Shown here: one piece after another, positions 29,716-39,470 of the stretch
Numbering within the stretch: the first letter of the stretch is position 1
How the letters are laid out: every line of letters begins with the position of its first letter
From: an uncultured Acidobacteriota bacterium
GTDB lineage: Bacteria > Acidobacteriota > UBA6911 > RPQK01 > JAPXNP01
Assembly (NCBI GenBank): GCA_963723965.1
Contig: CAVRSV010000012.1
Location: 547,544-611,543, forward strand
Direction of reading: 5' to 3'
Length of the DNA: 64,000 nt
Notes under the pieces: model-generated
The model's database searches: none
What the model was told of the DNA's origin: nothing
Seen by the model: only the letters and a program-made list of their open reading frames with translations
Translations under genes and position numbers: made by a program

Positions 29716-30707
29716 GATCCACTTCCTTTGTTCTTGGCGATGTATTCCTCCAGCTCCTTTTTCTGGGCCGCGTTGGGCCGCTTCTGCAAATACTGCTCAT
29801 ACTCGGCGGCGGCGCGAGCCTTCATCCCGGCCCGGTCATAGAGCTGAGCCAGCCGCAGGTGCACGTCGGCCATTCCCTCAGGATCGAGCCGGATGGCCTC
29901 ATTCAGATAGCCCACCGCGATCGAGCCTTTGCGGATCCCCAGGTAGGCCTCTCCCAGCAGGTACTGGGACTCGGCCCGGCCGGGATCTGCTTCGACCGCC
30001 TTGGTGAGCGGCTCAATCGCCTGGTCGTACTTCTTCTGGGCCAGGCGGAGCTTGCCCAGGTTGACCAGGGCCGGGAGATAGTCGGGCTTCAACTCCAGGG
30101 CCTTCTCATAGGCCTTCGCCGCATCGTCGAGCTTCTGGAGCTGAAAGCGGGCCGTTCCGAGCTCCGTCCAGCCCTCGTAGTCGCCGCCGTCGGCTTTCAC
30201 GAGCTTCTCGAGAAGCTCCGCGGACTTCCGGGAATCGCCTTTGGAAGTCGCCTCTCGGGCCTGGTCCAGCAGCTGGACCTGGGCGGCGGAGCGATCGTAG
30301 GAGGAGCCTTCGGACTCGGAAGCCAGCCCCGATGTCTTCCAGACCAGTTCGATGTCCTTCCGGATATCGGTGCTTTGGGACTCATAGACGACGAACTGTT
30401 CCCGGTAGACCACCCTGTTTTCAACCTGGATCGTCAAAACGTAGGTATTGTTCTCGACGTCGTGAAAGCGATACCGGCCGTTGGGGGCCACCGAGTCACG
30501 CCCCACTTCCCTTCCCGAAACATTCGACAGCAGCAGAATGAAGGTCTGGGGGACCTTGACACCTTCGGGCTCTTCCACCTTCAGGTCGCCCCAGAGGGTG
30601 TTCAACACACCGCCTTGCCGGGACCTCCTCTGTGCTTCGACCGCGCCCGTCAGAAGAAGGACGCATCCGAGCAACGCCAACACACGAACGCCCGCACGAT
30701 ATGACAT
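29712..30707 (-). CDS. Secreted TPR-repeat protein
   Basis: The product has a signal peptide (MSYRAGVRVLALLGCVLLLTGAVEAQ) and at least five TPR-like repeats (W/LG..Y....A...Y..AL...P) in the C-terminal half. Confidence 0.65.
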   Translation of the reverse strand: MSYRAGVRVLALLGCVLLLTGAVEAQRRSRQGGVLNTLWGDLKVEEPEGVKVPQTFILLLSNVSGREVGRDSVAPNGRYRFHDVENNTYVLTIQVENRVVYREQFVVYESQSTDIRKDIELVWKTSGLASESEGSSYDRSAAQVQLLDQAREATSKGDSRKSAELLEKLVKADGGDYEGWTELGTARFQLQKLDDAAKAYEKALELKPDYLPALVNLGKLRLAQKKYDQAIEPLTKAVEADPGRAESQYLLGEAYLGIRKGSIAVGYLNEAIRLDPEGMADVHLRLAQLYDRAGMKARAAAEYEQYLQKRPNAAQKKELEEYIAKNKGSGS

Positions 30708-30770
30708 ATTGGAATACTAGCAGGGCCGAAACAGCACGAGAAGTAGCGAAACGGACACCGGGAGGACGAC

Positions 30771-31190
30771 ATGAAGAGCCTGACCGAGCATCTGGTCTTC
30801 AACGTCGATCGACGTCGCGACTACATCAACATCACCCCCAAGGTGGAGGAACTGGTCCGCCGCAGCGGCATCCAGGAGGGACTCTGCCTGGTCAACGCCA
30901 TGCACATCACGGCCAGCGTCTACATCAATGACGACGAGTCCGGACTGCTCGAGGACTACGACGACTGGCTGGAGCAGCTGGCACCCCACGCGCCGACCTC
31001 GCGATACCGTCACAATCGGACCGGCGAGGACAACGGCGACGCACATTTGAAGCGCCAGATCATGGGCCGTGAAGTGGTCGTCGCCATCACCGGGGGCCGG
31101 CTCGACTTCGGTCCCTGGGAACAGATCTTCTACGCCGAATTCGACGGACTCCGGGCGAAGCGGGTACTCGTGAAGGTCATCGGCGAGTAA
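30771..31190 (+). CDS. yjbQ: YjbQ/UPF0047 family secondary thiamine-phosphate synthase-like protein
   Basis: The 139 aa product has [11 protein letters not shown]...[23 protein letters not shown]...[35 protein letters not shown]. Confidence 0.7.
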   Translation: MKSLTEHLVFNVDRRRDYINITPKVEELVRRSGIQEGLCLVNAMHITASVYINDDESGLLEDYDDWLEQLAPHAPTSRYRHNRTGEDNGDAHLKRQIMGREVVVAITGGRLDFGPWEQIFYAEFDGLRAKRVLVKVIGE

Positions 31191-31301
31191 GCCTCGGGCT
31201 CGCCCGGGTCATCGCACACCGTCCCTCACCGTACCCCGGGGTCGACGGGGCTCTCGGAATTCGGTCGAACAAAACGAACCCGACTGCCGTAGTCTAGATC
31301 A

Positions 31302-31898
31302 ATGGACATCGCACAACTGGCTCTGGCCCTGGGTGCAAGTCTGGCCGCCGGCCTCAATCTCTATATCACTATCCTGACGCTGGGCCTGGGGCAGCGATTC
31401 GAGCTCCTTCACCTGCCTCAGGACATGCAGATCCTGGGCAATCCCTGGGTGCTGGGGACCGCCGGAGTGCTGCTGGTGATCGAATTCGTGGCCGACAAGG
31501 TGCCCTATATCGACAATACCTGGGACGCCGTGCACACCTTTATCCGCGTGCCGGCAGGGGCGTTGCTCGCCGTCGCGGCCTTCAGCGACTTGTCCCAGCA
31601 ATGGCTCTGGGTGGCAGCCCTTCTGGGCGGCTTCGTAAGCTTCTCGGCCCACGGAGCCAAGGCCTCGACCCGTCTGGCGGTCAATGCCAGCCCGGAGCCC
31701 TTCAGCAACTGGCTGCTGAGTTTCGGTGAAGACGCCGTCAGCCTGACCGTGCTCTGGCTGGCCTCGAGCCACCCCTACATCGCGGTCGCGACCGTACTGA
31801 TTCTGGTGGGCGTCTGTTTGACGGTCCTGTTCTTCTTCTACCGGTTCCTCCGCCTGCTGTTCCGGCGGCGGCGCACGCCCAGCCCAGCGGCAGGATGA
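31302..31898 (+). CDS. DUF4126-like multi-TM membrane protein
   Basis: The 198 aa product has 4-5 TM helices and the conserved EFVADKVP segment. Confidence 0.45.
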   Translation: MDIAQLALALGASLAAGLNLYITILTLGLGQRFELLHLPQDMQILGNPWVLGTAGVLLVIEFVADKVPYIDNTWDAVHTFIRVPAGALLAVAAFSDLSQQWLWVAALLGGFVSFSAHGAKASTRLAVNASPEPFSNWLLSFGEDAVSLTVLWLASSHPYIAVATVLILVGVCLTVLFFFYRFLRLLFRRRRTPSPAAG

Positions 31899-32153
31899 AA
31901 GCCGGCGGGCAAGGCCGCAGCGAAACCGATCAGAATGCCCGTGCCGGAGAGTCGCCAGGCCGGGGTGTCTCCGGTCGCGATGCGGCGTCTGCTGCGGCAG
32001 GATTCCGGAGGAGGCTGCGACTGCGAGATCCTGCCGCAATGTTTCCGCGGAGACTCCGGGAATTCCGCGACGGGAAGCCCGCTGATGCCCACTTTCCGTC
32101 CCAGCGGCGATGCGGGATCGCGGCGGCCAATTCCTGCAGAAGCCGGAACCCGA

Positions 32154-32990
32154 CTATTCGCTCTCGGATTCCCGGCCGGTGCTCCCGGGCAACAGCGGCC
32201 GTCCCAATGAACCCGTTCGGCGACCGGCCAGGACTCGGGGCGTCGCGGTCCCCGAACTGGGGGAGCTCAAGCCCGGGGCCCGACGGCCGCGGCGCTGTTG
32301 TCGATGCAGCGCGTAAAGCAGTCGGTTGCGGAACCCCCCAAGAAAGAACCGGGCGACGAAGAGGGGACCGTTCGGCTGAGCCACGACCCTCACGTCACCT
32401 CGGCGGATGGCCTGCAGGACCGATCCGACCTCGCGTTCGGCGCGGACCATCGTGTAGGTCCGTCCCAGCTGGTAGAGAAAATGGGTGTCGCTGTTTCCCA
32501 CCAGAGGCAGCCCCCGGCGACGGGCTTCGCGGGCCGCCCGCCGGTTGAAGTCGAGTCCCCGCATCGACAGGGAGCTGAGCTCGACGGCATCGAAGAGATC
32601 GATCCACTCGAAAAAGAGATCCCTCAGGGCTTCCGCGACCGGATAGAAAGGATGGGGAGCAATGACCAGCTGATCCGTCCCCTTGGCCTCGCGCACCTGC
32701 TCGAAGGTGTTCCACGACGGCCGGTACCCGAGGAAATTGTAGAGGAGAACGTGGCGGCCGCGCAGAGTTGCTTCCACCCCCGGAAGCAGGAGGATTCCCA
32801 GGCCCTCGGCGAACTCCGCAAGCTCCATCGTGTAGAGAAGCTGATTGTGGTTGGTGATGGCAAGCACCTGGAAGCCCTGGCCGGCCGCATGCCGGATCAG
32901 CTCTTCGGGCGAGTGGACGACCATCCTCCCGCCGTCGTTCGGGTCCTCCCGCGTGTGCAAATGCAGATCAACCTTGAGCCAGCCGGACAT
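32154..32990 (-). CDS. PHP-domain metal-dependent phosphoesterase
   Basis: The N-terminus is VDLHLHTREDPNDGG and LAITNHN, the PHP His/Asp metal-binding motifs. Confidence 0.7.
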   Translation of the reverse strand: MSGWLKVDLHLHTREDPNDGGRMVVHSPEELIRHAAGQGFQVLAITNHNQLLYTMELAEFAEGLGILLLPGVEATLRGRHVLLYNFLGYRPSWNTFEQVREAKGTDQLVIAPHPFYPVAEALRDLFFEWIDLFDAVELSSLSMRGLDFNRRAAREARRRGLPLVGNSDTHFLYQLGRTYTMVRAEREVGSVLQAIRRGDVRVVAQPNGPLFVARFFLGGFRNRLLYALHRQQRRGRRAPGLSSPSSGTATPRVLAGRRTGSLGRPLLPGSTGRESESE

Positions 32991-33153
32991 GATGATGCTT
33001 CAGAATACCCGCTCCGCCGTTCCTGCTTCAAATTCGCCTCAACCGTGGGGCGGGCGAAACGGAATCACAGGTGACTCGGCGAAGAACCTCCCGGACAGAA
33101 TGAGGGCCGGACCGTTTTCCCTTCCGGCCGTTTGCTGCATACTAAGGCCCACC

Positions 33154-35380
33154 ATGAAACGGATGCTCAAGTACGCACTGCTCGGCGTTGCGGCAGCAGT
33201 TGGACTCGTGGTGCTCCTGATCGGCGGATGGTTGGGCTACAACGTGATGAAGTCGGCTCCGCCCGTCTCCCCTGCCGCCTATCCCTGGCCGAAGAACGCA
33301 ACCTCGACCGACATCGACCGAATCTCCAGGGAACTTCTCGCCCAAATGACCCTGGAGGAGAAGATCGATCAGAAAGTAGGCCAGGGACTGAGCCGCTTCA
33401 TCGCGGTCCTGCTGGTCAAGGGCCACTTCGGGATCGGCTACTCGGGATACAATGCCCGACTCCATATCCCTCCCTTGGCCTTTACCGACGGCCCGCGGGG
33501 GGTCACGGTGGCGACGGCGACGGCCTTCCCCGTGGCCATGGCGCGAGCCGCTTCCTGGGACGTCGAACTGGAACGGGCCGTCGGCGACGTGTTTGGCCAG
33601 GAAGCGCGGGCGGCGGGGGCCAATACCTTCGGAGGCATCTGCATCAATCTGCTCCGCCATCCCTCCTGGGGCCGGGCCCAGGAAACCTACGGCGAAGATC
33701 CGTGGCTGCTCGGGGAGATGGGACTGGCGGTGATGGAAGGCGTCCAGGCCAACAACGTGATGGGCTGCGCCAAGCACTTCGCCCTCAACAGCATCGAGGA
33801 TTCGCGTTTCCAGGTCGATGTCAAAATCGACGAGCGCACCCTGCGAGAGGTCTACCTTCCCCATTTCAAGAAGCTGGTCGAACACGGTCTCGCCTCGATC
33901 ATGAGCTCATACAACCGCGTTCGCGGAGAGTACGCCGGCCAGAATCGCGCTCTGCTTACGGACATCCTTCGCCATGACTGGGGCTTTCGGGGCTTCGTGT
34001 CGTCGGACTGGATCTACGGTTTGCGCGACGGTCTGAAGGGCCTTCACGCGGGTCTCGATGTTGAGATGCCGGGATCGGAACAGTTCGGGAAGCTTCCCGA
34101 ACTGATTCGGGACGGAAAGGCCAGCGAAGAGGAAGTCGACGAGAGTGTCCTGCGCGTGCTTCGGACCAAGCTGGACTACATTACGCGTAAGGACCCGATG
34201 ACCTACGACGAGTCCCTGCTGGCATCGCCGGAACACATCGAACTGTCCCGAGAGGTCGCCGAGCAGAGCATGGTGCTGCTGAAGAACGAGTCGGGCCTTC
34301 TGCCGCTGGACCGGGCCGGGATTCGGAAACTCGCTCTGATCGGGCGTCTGGTCGAAGAAGACAACACGGGTGACCGCGGCAGCAGCCGGGTGCGAGCGCC
34401 CTATGTCGTGACTCCTCTCCAGGGATTCGCCGGCTATCTCGGCAGCACGGTCGAGCTGACGCACTGCGACGGAAGCGATCTCGAAGAGGTGCGGCGCCTG
34501 TCCGGAGAGGCGGACGCCGTCGTCCTGCTGGCCGGTTTCCGCCACGATGATGAGGGAGAGTACGTCAACTCCGACGGAGGCATGCCCCACGACGAGGCGG
34601 AAAAGGAGGCGAACGAAATGGGCTTCGGCTCGAAGGGCGGGGACCGCTATCCGCTGGGACTGCGAGACTCCGATATCCGCACTATTCGGTCGGCCGCCGA
34701 GGCCAATCCACGGGTCGTGGTCGCCCTGATCGGGGGCAGCGCCATCACGATGGAGGAATGGAAAAACGAGGTCCCGGCGATCCTGATGGCCTGGTACTTC
34801 GGGATGGAGGGCGCCAGCGCCCTGCCCCGCATTTTGTTCGGAGACGTCAACCCGTCCGGGAAGCTTCCCTTCACCATCCCGACGGGCGTCGATCAACTTC
34901 CCCCCTTCGACCCCTACGCGTCGTCCGTCGACTACGGCTACTATCATGGCTATACGCTGATCGACAAGAGGGGGCTGGAACCGGCCTACCGGTTCGGCTA
35001 CGGCCTTAGCTACACCAACTTTACCTACGACAATCTGCAGGTCCTGACCCCGGTGCTTTCACCCGACGGCGAGCTCCAGGTCACGGTCGACGTCACCAAC
35101 GACGGGCGGCGAGCAGGGCGGGAGATCGTTCAGCTCTACATCGGGTTCGAGAACTCGGCGGTGGACCGCCCGCGTGCGGTTGCTGAGGGGCTTCACCAAG
35201 ATCCCTCTGGAGCCGGGGGAGAAGCGCACCGTGAGCCTCTCGGTCCCGGCCGCCGACCTGGCCTGGTACAACCCCGATTCGAAGTCCTGGGAAATCGAGC
35301 GCATGCAGTACACGGTCTGGGCTGGGCCCTCCTCGAATCCCCGACAGCTCCTATCCAGACCTTTCACGATTCAGGATTGA
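33154..35380 (+). CDS. Glycoside hydrolase family 3 (beta-glucosidase-like) with frameshift near 35155
   Basis: ATG at 33154 gives a membrane-anchored GH3 (KHFALNSIE, SDW, C-terminal FnIII-like domain). After ...IGFENSAVDRP the frame breaks at gaccgcccgCgtgcgg. The GH3 C-terminus (LRGFTKIPLEPGEKRTVSLSVPAADLAWYNPDSKSWEIE...TVWAGPSS) continues in the +1 frame to the stop at 35380. Confidence 0.65.
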
Positions 35381-35458
35381 TCCGCGTGGCCACGCGGCGG
35401 CGCAAGGGAGAAGGAGATTCCCGGCCGTCCGGCCCCAAACCGAAGGAATGCATTTACG

Positions 35459-38200
35459 ATGAGAGACTCGAACAGACGCACTCCCCTCTTTCTGATCTGG
35501 ACCTTCAGCGCCCTGCTGCTGGGAGGCTGGGCGGCGACGGAGCGACTGGCCGCCGAGACCAGCCGCTGGAGCCCGGACGACATCCTTCTGGCCGAAGATG
35601 CCGGGAACTTCGAGATTTCTCCGGATGCCACCCGGGTCGTCTGGGTCAAGACGCAGATGGACAAGGAGAAGGGCCGGAGATTTGCCAACCTGTTTCTGAG
35701 CTGGCTCGGGGAGAAGAAGGAGGTCCAGCTGACCCGCGGCAAGTCCGTGCAACGCAGTCCGCGCTGGTCCCCGGACGGCACGAGGATCGCTTTCCTCAGC
35801 GCTCGTCCTTCCCCCGACCAGTCGGATGAAGGCAATGGCGGACGGTCCGTCACGGGGCTCTGGCTGATCAGTCTGGACGGTGGTGAACCCTGGCCGGTCG
35901 TGGACTTCAAGCGGTCGGTGCGCGATTTCGCCTGGAAGGACGACAACACGATCGTCTTTGCCGCTCAGGAGGATCCTTCCCTGTACGAGCAGGAAAAGGA
36001 GAAGGCGAAGGACGATTCTGAGGTGGTCGAGGACGCCGCGCACGAGCCGCCCGTTCGGATCTACCTGCTCGACATCAAGGGCAAGTCGATCCACCGCCTG
36101 ACCGACAACAGTGACTGGATCCAGGACATTGCCGTCTCACCCGACGGGCGCTGGGTCACTTCGATCCACGAGCGCAGCCTCAGCTTTGCCTTCGATCAAA
36201 AGGTGACGCCGGCCATCTTCCTGACCCGCATCGAGGACGGGGAGACGACGCCCATCGAACCCGATCGCCGCATGGCGCCACGGGGCATCGTGTGGTCCAA
36301 AGACTCGGCCGGCTTCTATTTCGCCACCGAGTATTCCAGCGACCCCTTCTACTTCACCGCCACGGTCACGCGTCTGAACTACTACGATCTGGCGTCCCGC
36401 CAGACCACCGAAGTGAATCTTGACTGGCCGCGCGGCCTGGGCGGCTACGCCTTGTCGGTCAAGCCCGTCGAGGGCGGCTTCCTGGCGCTCCTGGCGGACG
36501 GTGTGCGGTTCCGTCCCGCCCTCTACAGCCGTCACGGCCTGGCCTGGACGCGGGTAGACCTGACGGGCGAACAGAGCCGGAACATCTGGGACTGGACGCT
36601 CGCCCAAGATGGCAAGACCCTCGTCTTTGCCTACTCCACGGCTTCCACTCCCGAACAGTGGTACCACGCCAGCCTCGACGGCACTGCCATCGCGTCCGCC
36701 TCTCAGTTCACGGACCTGAACCCCTCGTTCAAGGACAAGAAGAAGCCTCGAGTCGAGGTGATTTCCTGGCCGGGGGCCAATGGAGACACCGTGGAGGGAC
36801 TGCTCTACTATCCACTGGACTACCAGGAAGGCCGGCGCTATCCCCTGATGCTCTCCATCCATGGCGGCCCTTCGGGAACCGATTTCGACGCCTGGAGCGA
36901 ATCCTGGTCTTCACCCAAGATCCTGCTGGAGCAGCGGGGCGCGTTCGTTCTGAAGGTCAACTACCACGGCAGCGCCAACTACGGCCTGGAATGGGTCGAG
37001 TCCATCTGCTGCGGCAAATACTACGAACTCGAACGGGTCGACATCGAAAACGGTGTGGACCATGTCATCCAGCAGGGTCTCGTCGATCCCGACCGGCTGG
37101 GGACGATGGGCTGGTCGAACGGCGCCATTCTGACGACGGAACTCGTCACGCGCAGCCGCCGCTTCAAGGTGGCCTCGGCCGGCGCCGGTGACGTCGAATG
37201 GATCAGCGACTGGGGCAACGTCATGTTCGGGGCCTCGTTCGACAACTACTACTTCGGGAAACCACCTTATCAGGACCCGGAGTTGTACATCCGCAAGTCC
37301 CCTTATTTCAGGCTGAAGGATGTGACCACTCCAACCATCATTTTCACCGGCACCAACGACGTCAACGTCCCTCCCAGCCAGAGTTGGTCACATTTTCGGG
37401 TCCTGCAGCAGGCCACGGACACGCCCGTTCGCTTCGTGGTCTTTCCCGGCGAGCCCCACGGGCTGCGCAGCTACCAACATCAGCGACGAAAGCTCGACGA
37501 GGATCTGGCCTGGATCGACCGCTACCTGTTCCAGAAGCCCGATCAAGCCAACGAGGCCGTCAAGGAAGACTCGCCGCTCGAGGCCGCCCTCGCGCTCAAC
37601 AAGGCGGCCCGGGCGGAAGACGGCCACTACGGCACCCTGCGCGAGGGCGTCCTGGTCCCGGAGATCGCCTCCTTTCGTGATCTGCACGTGTCCCGCTTCG
37701 AGATCACCCGAGCCCAGTACCAGGCATTCGACGCTTCCTTCCGCTACGCCCCCGGCACCGGCAATTACCCGGCCAGCGGCCTCTCCTTCGAGCAGGCGCA
37801 AGCTTACTGCCGGTGGTTGTCGCAGAAGACCGGAGAAACCTACCGGCTGCCCGGGTCGGAAGAGAGCGGCCTTCTGTACGGGGGCAACGGCTCGACCGGG
37901 GAGAATACGCTCGACTACTGGGCGGGATACGCACCGAATCTGGATGATCGCTCCCGGCTGCAGAAGGCGATCTCACAGCTGCCGGGTGACGCGCCGCTGC
38001 TTCGCCCGGTGGGACAATTCCGCGGACGGGGGGAAGACGATCCGGTCTTCGATTTGGGCGGCAATGTGGCCGAGTGGACGACGGACAAGGATGGACAACC
38101 GCTCCTGAAGGGCGGAAGCGCCGATCTGCCGGCCAAGCCCAAGCAACCCGACCTGTCCGCAGCCGAGGCCTATCGCGGCTTCCGCGTCGTCCGCGAGTAG
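35459..38200 (+). CDS. Secreted fusion protein: beta-propeller + S9 prolyl-oligopeptidase-type alpha/beta hydrolase + C-terminal FGE-sulfatase (SUMF1/EgtB-like) domain
   Basis: The 913 aa product has a signal peptide. The propeller has SPDG(T/R)(R/W) repeats. The S9 nucleophile elbow is MGWSNGAIL. The C-terminal ~240 aa have FGE-type motifs (YRLPGSEESGLLYGG, GGNVAEWTTD, ending AYRGFRVVRE). Confidence 0.6.
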   Translation: MRDSNRRTPLFLIWTFSALLLGGWAATERLAAETSRWSPDDILLAEDAGNFEISPDATRVVWVKTQMDKEKGRRFANLFLSWLGEKKEVQLTRGKSVQRSPRWSPDGTRIAFLSARPSPDQSDEGNGGRSVTGLWLISLDGGEPWPVVDFKRSVRDFAWKDDNTIVFAAQEDPSLYEQEKEKAKDDSEVVEDAAHEPPVRIYLLDIKGKSIHRLTDNSDWIQDIAVSPDGRWVTSIHERSLSFAFDQKVTPAIFLTRIEDGETTPIEPDRRMAPRGIVWSKDSAGFYFATEYSSDPFYFTATVTRLNYYDLASRQTTEVNLDWPRGLGGYALSVKPVEGGFLALLADGVRFRPALYSRHGLAWTRVDLTGEQSRNIWDWTLAQDGKTLVFAYSTASTPEQWYHASLDGTAIASASQFTDLNPSFKDKKKPRVEVISWPGANGDTVEGLLYYPLDYQEGRRYPLMLSIHGGPSGTDFDAWSESWSSPKILLEQRGAFVLKVNYHGSANYGLEWVESICCGKYYELERVDIENGVDHVIQQGLVDPDRLGTMGWSNGAILTTELVTRSRRFKVASAGAGDVEWISDWGNVMFGASFDNYYFGKPPYQDPELYIRKSPYFRLKDVTTPTIIFTGTNDVNVPPSQSWSHFRVLQQATDTPVRFVVFPGEPHGLRSYQHQRRKLDEDLAWIDRYLFQKPDQANEAVKEDSPLEAALALNKAARAEDGHYGTLREGVLVPEIASFRDLHVSRFEITRAQYQAFDASFRYAPGTGNYPASGLSFEQAQAYCRWLSQKTGETYRLPGSEESGLLYGGNGSTGENTLDYWAGYAPNLDDRSRLQKAISQLPGDAPLLRPVGQFRGRGEDDPVFDLGGNVAEWTTDKDGQPLLKGGSADLPAKPKQPDLSAAEAYRGFRVVRE

Positions 38201-38391
38201 TTTTCGGGGTCCGAGTTCCTGGTTCCTAGTTCCTGGTTCCTGGTTCCGCGTGCCCCGGTCGGGGCACGATTGCCCCTGGCCCAGGGTCCCGCACGGCGCG
38301 ACCCTGGGTCGCACCCTCTGAACGAGGCAACTCGGAAGGAGGAACGCGGAACTCGGAACTCCCGAAAACCGGGAACCCCGGTTTCGGGGTC
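38201..38391. repeat. Convergent-gene spacer built from GTTCCTG x5 heptamers, inverse GGAACNC copies, GC hairpins, and gtttcggggtc direct repeats at both ends
   Basis: The sequence is ttttcggggtccgaGTTCCTGGTTCCTAGTTCCTGGTTCCTGGTTCCgcg ... gtgccccggtcggggcac ... ggaacgcggaactcggaactcccgaaaaccgggaaccccggtttcggggtc. Confidence 0.65.
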
Positions 38392-38770
38392 AGTGGCAGC
38401 CGCCGCGGTGCTGCCCATGGCCGGCGCAGGAATCGTCGGCCGTGAAGCGGGGCAACCGGTTCTCTTTGAGACCCTCCATTGCTTCGCCCACGGTCCCGCC
38501 GTCGAAACGCAAGACTTCAAGGCCCACGGACTGCAGGGCCATGAGCGCCCGGCGTCCGATGCCACCCACGATCACCGCATCGACGGCATGGCCGCCGATG
38601 GCGCCCACGGGATTACAGGCCCCGTGCTGGTGGGCGTGATTCGAGTTCTCGATGCTCTCCACCGCCATCGTCTCGCTATCCACGACCAGAAAGCAGGGCG
38701 CCGAACCGAAATGACCGTACGTCGAACTGTCCAAACCAAAATCCTGGGCTACTGGAATACAGACTCTCAT
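38390..38770 (-). CDS. NifB/NifX/NafY-like dinitrogenase FeMo-cofactor-binding-fold protein
   Basis: ATG at 38770 gives MRVCIPVAQDFGLDSSTYGHFGSAPCFLVVD..., the characteristic start of this family (M.I..P.......V..HFG.AP.F.I.D). The C-terminus has a CxxHxxxHxxxC cluster (CAGHGQHRGGCH). Confidence 0.6.
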   Translation of the reverse strand: MRVCIPVAQDFGLDSSTYGHFGSAPCFLVVDSETMAVESIENSNHAHQHGACNPVGAIGGHAVDAVIVGGIGRRALMALQSVGLEVLRFDGGTVGEAMEGLKENRLPRFTADDSCAGHGQHRGGCH

Positions 38771-39225
38771 TGTTCCTCCACTGCGTGTTGCGCCTGAACG
38801 GATTTCCCGTGGTCCGCCGCTCGATCGGACCGGATCTCGCGCCGCCGACAGCGCCCATGCTTCCGACATGTCCGCCGTATGCGGCCTCGCCTGCAACCAC
38901 ACTCACCGGCGGAAGTCTCCGCCTGACTGTCTCCTTCGAAACTCACCTGCCCGCCGTCGACCCTGAGCGCCTTTCCTTCGACGAGTGCCTCCGCCACGGT
39001 CTGCCGCGCCTCAGCGAGAATCCGCGACAGAGTCGGCCTCGAGACACCCATGCTTTCAGCGGCACTCTCCTGATAGTTGCCCTCCAGATCGACGAGTCGC
39101 AAGGCCTCGAGTTCATCCATGCTCAGGGTCACTTCCTCGAGACATCGCAACGGGGTCCCGGCCGGCTTGAAGAACCGGACCTCGGGAGCGAAGCGGATGC
39201 GGCGGCACTGAACGGGTCTCGACAT
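38767..39225 (-). CDS. DUF134 (UPF0251) predicted DNA-binding protein with Cys/Arg-rich tail
   Basis: The product is MSRPVQCRRIRFAPEVRFFKPAGTPLRCLEEVTLSMDELEALRLVDLEGNYQESAAESMGVSRPTLSRILAEAR. This is the DUF134 consensus (sigma-70 region-4-like HTH). The stop overlaps the nifX-like start (ATGA). Confidence 0.6.
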   Translation of the reverse strand: MSRPVQCRRIRFAPEVRFFKPAGTPLRCLEEVTLSMDELEALRLVDLEGNYQESAAESMGVSRPTLSRILAEARQTVAEALVEGKALRVDGGQVSFEGDSQAETSAGECGCRRGRIRRTCRKHGRCRRREIRSDRAADHGKSVQAQHAVEEQ

Positions 39226-39240
39226 GACCCAGTCAGTTTA

Positions 39241-39260
39241 TTATGAACATATGTTCATAA
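39241..39260. promoter_or_regulatory. Perfect 20-bp palindrome TTATGAACAT|ATGTTCATAA immediately upstream of the DUF134 gene
   Basis: The two halves are exact reverse complements. The site is AT-rich in a GC-rich genome and sits 16 bp upstream of the start codon at 39225. Confidence 0.6.
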
Positions 39261-39470
39261 TCAAGTCGATCCGGCGCACCGACGCAGAGAGGAATGGGAG
39301 CCATCAGAGGGATCGTCTCACAGCCGCAGATTCCAGCTTCGGAGAGCATGGCACAGATTGCCCGGCCCGCCCGTTGACGCGTCGGGCAGAGCTGGCGAGG
39401 TCGGCTCGCTCCTCCGTAATCCAACGCTCGATCCCGACGTAGCCGAGAACGTCACCGGCGGCCCGGGAAT

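Noticed and set aside
35459-38200. Linking the FGE/EgtB-like domain to the EgtD-like gene at 16227-17252 as an ergothioneine pathway
   Set aside because: The two genes are 18 kb apart on opposite strands with unrelated operon partners. The FGE domain is fused to a secreted peptidase, which is incompatible with cytoplasmic EgtB chemistry.
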